From: Octopus sinensis
Lineage: Eukaryota
DNA length: 64,000 nt
Reading direction: 5' to 3'
Assembly: GCF_006345805.1 (NCBI RefSeq)
Contig: NC_043005.1
Span: 86,180,001 to 86,244,000 of the forward strand
The notes beneath the pieces are model-generated. The model made no database searches. It was not told the DNA's origin and worked only from the letters and a program-made list of their open reading frames with translations. Below are positions 56,560 to 64,000 of the stretch, piece by piece; the stretch's first letter is position 1; every line of letters starts with the position of its first letter. Made by a program: the position numbers and the translations under genes.

Positions 56560-57010
56560 GTTATAATTTATAGAAAAAATTATAAATCCTAAATGTTATA
56601 AAATTATAGTTTGAGAAGTGGAAGGAGCCGTAAAGGGAAGGTTGGAGAAGTCAAAGTTCCGTTTAAACATTCAAAACCTGAGCGTGAAGAAGAATTAGGA
56701 GATATAAGGTATTCAGGGTTAGCGAAAATTAGAGTATGATGTCAGTGTTGTAATTGGATGCTGGGATTTAATATATAAAATCTGTAAGAATCGTAAAGTG
56801 ACAATCGGACGAACGTACAACCCAGAATAAAAGACCTAATTGTAGTGGAGTAAGAAGTGAGTAGAGGGATGGTTTGTGGGGGTATGTAAGGTTAGGGTTA
56901 AGCCTCTTATTGGTCCGTGGGCGGATAGCTGTGAAATGGTATAGAGTCACTGAACAGGAAAGCCCCCATAGTACACGAGATACTGGGGCTGTTGCAGTAG
57001 AAGACAAAAT
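56560..57010 (-). mobile_element. Decayed CR1/L2-like LINE 3' remnant
   Basis: Minus-strand fragments such as LYHFTAIRP and LTSYSTTIRSFIL loosely follow the CR1 RT C-terminus; many stops. Confidence 0.35.
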
Positions 57011-57718
57011 AGCTAAGGGGTAGACGGAAGGGGAGCTAAATCATCTGCAATGGTCCGCAGCATTTATGCAGGCACCTTATCAGAAATTCAATATCTTTTC
57101 TTTATTGTATTACCTCTATTGTGTAATATCTCTAAAGTTTCAGCTGGTTAGTCTGATTACAATGCATAAAATGCAAAATATTTAATTTGTTTGTAGATTA
57201 GGTAGGTATAATTCTCCCCTGCTTTTCAATCTCCGTATTTAAGCTACGCATAGAACTGCTGTAGTACACATGTTGTGTACACTCCTACAACAAAGTTTTC
57301 TTTACGTACTATAAAGGCAGATATAGATCTGCCTTCAACTCAGTCATGTGGCTGTGATTCGCTTATTTTTGTGTGTTTTACAGCATAAATATTACCAACT
57401 ACATACCCTGAGTAATTACTGAAGACAAGTGCCTGGTATGTATGTATTACTACGAGTATCCTCGGATGTGTACGTACCCGTGTACGAGTGTGAGTTCGAT
57501 CCCGGTCACTCATAATGTGAAATAGTATACATTTTCACTTTTTCTTTACCATCCTTTTAAAACATTTTCTCACTCAATTTTACAATTTCAAATCAAGCTT
57601 TTTTTTTATATTCTTCGAAATTAGTTTCTTTTCTCTCATTGGAATTACACTGACATTCCAAAAAACCAAAACATGTTTTTTTTGTTTATTTTGTATATTC
57701 CACACATACTAACTGCAG

Positions 57719-57914
57719 ATATGGATTTAGACTTACAGCCAACATCACAACCTGCAGCACACAACTGTCTTCATTGTAGATATCACATCAAAAAACGAGA
57801 TATTGAAGACGTACAGTGGATGATTACAGCGTGTAGTAGAAATACGCAACGAGAAATACCCGAATGAGGAGTTTATTCTCAAAGGAAACTATTTCAAGCC
57901 GTCACCTGTCAACG
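57719..57914 (+). other. Candidate exon (196 nt), possibly non-coding or stop-containing
   Basis: T-rich tract, TACTAAC, TGCAG| acceptor; donor CG|GTAAAT; frame DMDLDLQPTSQPAAHNCLHCRYHIKKRDIEDVQWMITACSRNTQREIPE*. Confidence 0.3.
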
Positions 57915-58173
57915 GTAAATTTAATTATTCAAACCTTCGTCATTGAGAGTGGATGCGGTGTAATTTATGTTCTTTTTCTTTCCAATTAAATTCTCATTTA
58001 TTTCATGTTCACACTTGTCAGAGAAGTTAAGACGTCGACCGGAAAATCCCATAATTCAAATTGTGGGTAAATAATTAAAGAATGCCGGAGTTGAAGAAGT
58101 TACATTTAATATGTCTGTATATATGCACACACTTACACAGACACACAACACACACACACTTACACAGACAAAT

Positions 58174-58249
<76 letters not shown>

Positions 58250-58325
58250 AATAAATATATATGTGTGTGTATGTATATGTATATGCATGTTTGTACGTTT
58301 GTATTTATATATACACAGATACATA

Positions 58326-58392
<67 letters not shown>

Positions 58393-58401
58393 ATATATAT
58401 A

Positions 58402-58448
<47 letters not shown>

Positions 58449-58877
58449 TACACACTCAAGCACACACACACATATATATATACATATATACACACTCAAG
58501 CACACACACACATATATATTTACATATCTATATTTTATATATTATATGTATGAGATTTTATATCTCTAAATATACATGTATATAGTTATACATCCGTACT
58601 GATCTGTATGTATGTACGTTTGTATGTGCGTATGTATGTATGTTTGTATTTACATACATGTATGTATGTATGTATGTATGTATGTATGTATGTATGTATG
58701 TATGTGTGTGTGTGTATAGAATGGAAATCACGTCTTCGCAGCCGTCGTTCGCCTTTTCTTACAGCGTCATAATTCATTACGGCCAACCCTTACTGTGTGT
58801 CCTTCATTCTCTCTTATTTCATGCTCCGTCGTTTTCAATTCCCTATAATCTCCTGTTTACCTTTTCTGTCTGTGAAG

Positions 58878-58988
58878 CGATTGTTCTATGATAATTACGA
58901 GCTGAATGATGGACGCTTGGTTAGTTCACTAATTTCTGCAACCACGTATTACATCACGTTGAGAGAGGATGACAGTGGGGGTGAATAA
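58878..58988 (+). CDS. Candidate coding exon resembling the C-terminal half of a ubiquitin-like domain
   Basis: First AG after a ~110-nt AG-free pyrimidine-rich tract; RLFYDNYELNDGRLVSSLISATTYYITLREDDSGGE*; possible donor GG|GTGAAT at 58980/58981. Confidence 0.3.
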   Translation, partial: RLFYDNYELNDGRLVSSLISATTYYITLREDDSGGE

Positions 58989-59329
58989 GAAATACAGAAT
59001 GTGTTAACATAAGAAGTGCGTAATGAGTGCACATACTAGGCTTGGCGTCAGAAGGAGGAGCCGAGAGAATAAATGATGAATTAATTTTAGGAGGAGTTGT
59101 ATTAGAAATTTGATTTATTTAATTCCATTTTAAGGTAATAGATATTTTTGTTTCCTATCATTATTTTATACAAATATATTTGATAAAAGTTGGATTATAA
59201 TTATACCGCGTACATTATATTTTCTACATTACCCATACAGGCGATAGTGAACTTCCAAACTTTGCTGCCATATGCTTCAGTAACATTCTTGTTGTTTTTA
59301 ATAAGTTGCAATATAATTCTTTAACTGAT

Positions 59330-59500
59330 ACTTTTCGGTTACGACAACTCGTGTTCCAGTTGATCCCGCAACGGAACGGCCTGTTCGTGAAATTAATGTG
59401 CAAGTGGCTGAGCATTCCACAGACACACCTACCCTTAACGTAGTTTTCAGCTTGACATAAAATGCTGAACATTGAAACACAGGTACTTCTCATTTTTGCA
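59330..59500 (-). mobile_element. SINE family B 3' fragment
   Basis: GTTCGTGAAATTAATGTGCAAGTGGCTGAGCATTCCACAGACAC..CCCTTAACGTAGTT. Confidence 0.85.
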
Positions 59501-59567
59501 ATCCGAGATTAAATAACATAGGTATTGACCTAGAGTCTAGAGAAAGTGACCACGGTGGTCAGTAGCA

Positions 59568-59640
59568 GGTGGAATTTACCATGGTGGAATATACCGTGGT
59601 GAAATTTATCTGTTGGAATTCTCTGTGGTGGAATTCACCT
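59568..59640. repeat. Five ~15-bp imperfect palindromic tandem units (GGTGGAATTYACC-NN)
   Basis: Units start at ~59568, 59583, 59598, 59612 and 59627. Confidence 0.8.
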
Positions 59641-60345
59641 AAAACATATAGAGAGTCGTAGAAGCTGGTAAGAAGAGATATCGTCGGATTACATGCTGGT
59701 GAATAATTGGTAAATTAATATACAATAAGTCCGCAACTACACGCAAACATCATAACAATATGAAAGACGTTAACTTTACCATACTATTAAGTAGGATATA
59801 CAATTATGGCTTCCATCCATCTTCTGAATATTGGTCATCATAAAACATTATAATACACTACACGAAATAATATTAAATGGGGATACGATAATTGATTGCA
59901 CGAATATTTTATAGAAATTTTCAAAAAGGGGAGACAACTGTGGAAACATTATTGACAGCAAAGTACGAACTCAGAGCAAGAATGATTATATTAAATATTT
60001 CACAAAATCTCTCAGGTTTAAACCGTTAAATAGTTTTGAATTCGACATTGACAATTTGATCAGCTTGAAGAGAATATCAATGCTTCTTTGAAGTCTGGTA
60101 CAAAGGACAACGACGATACGCCAATAACGCTTCCATTTTATTGAAATGATAGAAGGCTTTCAGAAGTCAATGGTCTGAGAAGTGATGGGCTTTTTCCAAA
60201 TTAAACATAAAAAAGAATAAGGAAATATGAAATCACCTCACTGAAAAAAACTAAACAGGAATGCAGTGTCATCTTTAACACACAAATGCACCCCACACGT
60301 ACACACACACACATATATATATATATACATGTATACATATATATG

Positions 60346-60429
<84 letters not shown>

Positions 60430-61019
60430 TATAATGTGCACATATCTACGTATATATATATATACACATGTGCACATATCTACATACACACGGAAATATA
60501 CACGTATATGTATATATACACATGTGTATATATATGCATAGATATGAATTTTCAATTACTTTCCTTATGAATAATCCGGGCAGAATGACTTTCTTCGGCG
60601 TAAAAAGAAAACTTGCAGATTTATAGTATACATTAAACACTCCAATGATCGCGTGGCCATCACGTGAATTAGAAATAATACACAACAAAGGGACCAAAAC
60701 GGATAAGTGAAGATTAACCATGATGGCTCACATTCGAATATTTGATTTAAGCGAAATTGTCGCGCTTCCAAAATTGAAATAGTTAAGAGAAAATAATCAT
60801 AAATAATTAAATGGAAATAATTAAATTAGGTAAAAAAAAAAAGTTATTGAAAGTCATTTGAAATAATATTGATGATACGCGATAAAAAAAGGATAAAAGC
60901 TTTATCTTAGATGTTGCCATATGAAATAAGGTGGATGTTAATTGCATTGAAAATAATTAAAGTGAATATAGGAGGGATTAAATCAAATGCGCATGTGCGG
61001 AGTGTTGAACTGCAAGTCA

Positions 61020-61530
61020 GGCCGTGGTCGTTAAATATGTGTGTGTGTGTGTGTGTGTGTACGGGTGAGTGTGTGTATGTGTGCACGGGTGAGTGTGTGT
61101 GTGTGTATGTGCGGGTGAGTGTGTTTGTATGCGCGTGAGTGTGTGTTTGTATGTGGGTGAGTGGGTGCGTGTATGCGTGTGAGTGTGTGTGCGCGGGTGA
61201 CTGTGTGTATGTGTGTAGCTGTATGTGTAAATAAGTGTTTATGTGACTCTGTTTGTGAATGCGTGTGTGTGTTCGGGTGAATGTGTGTGTATGCGCGTGA
61301 GTGTGTGTTTGTATGTGTGTGAGCGGGTGAGTGTGTGTTAGTCTGTGTAAGTGTGTGTGCGCGGGTGACTGTGTGTATGTGTGTAGCCGTATGTGTAACT
61401 GAGTGTTTGTGTAACTGTGTGTGTGTGTGAGTGCGTGTGTGTGTTAGGGTGAGTGTTTGTGTATGCGCGTCGTGAGTGTATGTATGTGTATCCTGGTGAG
61501 TGTGTGTTTACGCGGGTGTGTGTGTGTGTG
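61020..61530. repeat. GT-rich minisatellite with ~165-170 bp higher-order duplication
   Basis: GTGTGTGCGCGGGTGACTGTGTGTATGTGTGTAGC at ~61185 and ~61353; recurring CGGGTGA. Confidence 0.8.
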
Positions 61531-62292
61531 AGAGAGAGAGAGCAAGAGAAAGAGAGTAACTTAAATTTACAAGGTGCACACTTGAACTTAAATATCAGAT
61601 TTATTCGCTAATGGAACACTTTAATTTTTACGATGCATTTATCGGATTTCTGAAATCATGTTGGATTTAAAAAGGTAACTTAATTAGAACCACAAAATTT
61701 AAATTCGCACGGCAGCGCCTTTTTGCTGTGTCTCCGTGCTGAGTCATATTAGGATTGGAGGTGAGGAAGTGCCAAAGGGAAAAAATTTTAAGACTGCCGG
61801 AGACAAATCCAATTCTAGGAAATTGTCGTTATCAATAAAATATGGATTTCATGGCGTTTAAGAATTTCTGACGGGAATTTAGATGGTGAGGTCCTCATAG
61901 TTTTCATCATCAGTATCCGCCACACCTTAACATTACTGTCCCAGTTTTTATGACTGGTTACCCATTTCCCATTGTCAATAATTGACCATCTCCTCCAAAT
62001 GGGATGCCAGTTCGTCGTAGGGTTACTCATTTAGAGCTGATTTGAAAGGATCATCGTGAAATGAAATGATTTAACTCAAGAAAAGTAAGATCCATTCGAT
62101 CCAGGTATCGATGCACGACCTTGTGATCGTTGGAGCAACAGTCTAAGCACATGTCCACGCAGCTTCGCCCTCAACCCTTGGTTGCACTTGTTGCAATATA
62201 AGGAAGAATTATTAAACACTTCAAGAGTAAGTGATGTATTCGAAGTGCATGATCTAATATTACATGCGATTCCCTTACTAATTGCGAACATA

Positions 62293-62682
62293 GGCACAGG
62301 CGTCGCTGTGTGGTAAGTAGCTTCCTTACCAACCACATGGTCCAGGGTTCACTCTTACTGCGTGGCACCTTGGGTAGGTGTCTCCTACTATAGCCTCGGG
62401 TCGACCGCAGCCTTGTTAGTGGATTTGGTAGACTGAAACTGGAAGAAGCCCGTCGTGTGTGTGTGTATGTTTGTGTGTCTGTGTTTGTCCCTCCCCCCCA
62501 ACATCGCTTCACAACCGATGCTTGTGTGTGTACGTCACCGTAACTTAGCGGTTCGGCAAAGAGACCGTTAGAAAAAGTACTAGGCTTACAACAAATAAGT
62601 TCGGGGGACGATTTGTTCGACTACAAGGAGTGCTCTAGCATGGCCGCAGTCAATTGATTGAAACAAATAAAAGAATAAAAGA
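62293..62682 (+). mobile_element. tRNA-derived SINE family C, full length
   Basis: Head GGCACAGGCGTCGCTGTGTGGTAAGTAGCTT...GGGTTCACTCTT; GT linker; tail CATGGCCGCAGTCAATTGATTGAAACAAATAAAAG. Confidence 0.9.
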
Positions 62683-62740
62683 GTAGAAGAGAATATTACT
62701 GTTACCCCAAATAATATACACACACGCACACACACCCATA

Positions 62741-62880
62741 CGAGGTGTTATAAAAAATTCCCAGACTAATTATTTACCGAAGCTTTAGTATGATCTTCTT
62801 CGATGTAGTCACCTTGCGCAGCACTGCACCGGTCCCAGCATTCCTGCCGGTTCAGGAATCCGGCCTGAAATCTCGGTAAC
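62741..62880 (-). mobile_element. Mariner 3' end with TIR
   Basis: TA|CGAGGTGTTATAAAAAATTCCCAGACT; the minus frame QECWDRCSAAQGDYIE matches the mariner C-terminal W..C....GDY.E motif. Confidence 0.75.
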
Positions 62881-62944
62881 GATGACGTTTTAGCAGCCTT
62901 TCCGTCTCGAGAAAGAGACGGAAGCCAGTATCTACTAAATTTAT

Positions 62945-63420
62945 CGAATAGTGTGTGGGTCAGAGGCAAAACCATGTCGTTTTTGCCATGAAACTCCCGA
63001 GTGAGAAGAACTTAATGACATGGTAAATAGTTGTTGTGAAGAAACATTAATGTTGTAGAAATAGCAGTCCATGAAATGAGAATTCGGCTCTCTCCATATC
63101 ATAAGTACTGCAAACGGCATTGCTCTCTTCCCCATATTTAGCAAATCCCTTAGTCCATTTGAACAAGCTGAGCAGATGATGTGCAGGGCCCAACTCTTAC
63201 CTTGATCCCCGAGATAGCAGTCAAATTATAACTGGTAGGTCTAGTTGATTTCGCTTGTGATGGCACGTTGCTGAGCTTTGGTGTTAAATGAAACACAGAC
63301 ATGACAAAATATATCAGGAACTGTTCTTGGAATGCCTTGACATCCTGAGTAGAATTTGATGATGATGATGACTTGGCACCTTAAACAGAAAGTAAAATTT
63401 ATGAAAAGAAAATATTATGA
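62945..63420 (-). mobile_element. DNA transposase N-terminal remnant, likely CMC-Chapaev-3 type
   Basis: CYLGDQGKSWALHIICSAC...MPFAVLMIWREPNSHFMDCYF. The family assignment is from recalled motif similarity. Confidence 0.7.
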
Positions 63421-63695
63421 AAACATAAAATTACAAAATGAATACAAATAGTTATCAAACAGAAGTCAGAATTTACCTGTATAAGATGTTTACATGTAGA
63501 GATACTGCTGATGGGAGTTATATACCTCTCTGATCTCATCACAAAACACTGTACCTGATAGAAGGAAACTGATTACATTATTGAAATCTGCGGACAAATC
63601 TACATATAAAACACCATATAATATCCCTGATGAAAATTGGCTGTTGACCAGTGTAATGAATAATATTGACATAAATTGCTTAACAATTTTAGTGC

Positions 63696-64000
63696 GGAGG
63701 CGAAATAGCCCGGTAGTTAGAGCAGCGGACTCGCGGTTGTAGGATAGCAGTTTCGTTTTCCAGAGCGAGCATTGTGAATATTTATTGAGCGTAAATACCT
63801 AAAGCTCCAAGACGCTCCGGCAGAGGGTGTTGGCGAACCCTCCTGTACTCTTTCACCACAAATTTCTCTCACACTTTCTTCCTGTTTCTGTTGTACATGT
63901 ATTTCAAGGGGCCAGTCGTGTCCCAGTTTGCGTGACGCTGAATCTCCCTGAGAACTACGTTAAGGCTACGCGTGTCTGTGGATTGCTCAGCCACTTGCAC
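63696..64000 (+). mobile_element. SINE family B, truncated by the window end
   Basis: GGAGGCGAAATAGCCCGGTAGTTAGAGCAGCGGACTCGCGG...; colinear with 21399-21770. Confidence 0.9.

Noticed and set aside
57731-57945. In-frame TGA between two open stretches (…KTYSG*LQRVVE…) suggesting selenocysteine
   Set aside because: No recognisable selenoprotein motif or SECIS-like hairpin was seen nearby, and the frame has another stop just upstream.
63190-63205. Strong minus-strand splice donor AAG|GTAAGA
   Set aside because: It lies inside the continuous transposase frame GDQGKSW of the Chapaev-like remnant.

Overview
AT-rich, microsatellite-dense eukaryotic DNA. The repeat families and composition point to a coleoid cephalopod, most likely Octopus (inference from recognised repeat types, no database search). 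No intact, recognisable protein-coding gene is present; nearly all ORF-track entries are microsatellite artefacts or TE remnants. The window holds: at least five decayed R4/Dong-type REL-endonuclease LINE pieces, mostly beside (AAT)n arrays; two Penelope-like GIY-YIG remnants; RTE and CR1/L2-like remnants; three families of tRNA-derived SINEs, one forming head-to-tail multimers with a fixed junction; non-autonomous Helitrons; a TIR-bounded DD37D-spaced mariner with a fold-back insertion; a 196-bp solo LTR; a Chapaev3-like remnant; and several palindromic or short elements sitting in (TA)n arrays. The most interesting signal is a set of about six minimal hammerhead-ribozyme motifs (CUGANGA-like core, stem II, GAAA, palindromic ACGU stem III) in 150-230 bp microsatellite-flanked units. 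A few candidate exons have good splice signals, and one resembles a ubiquitin-like C-terminus.
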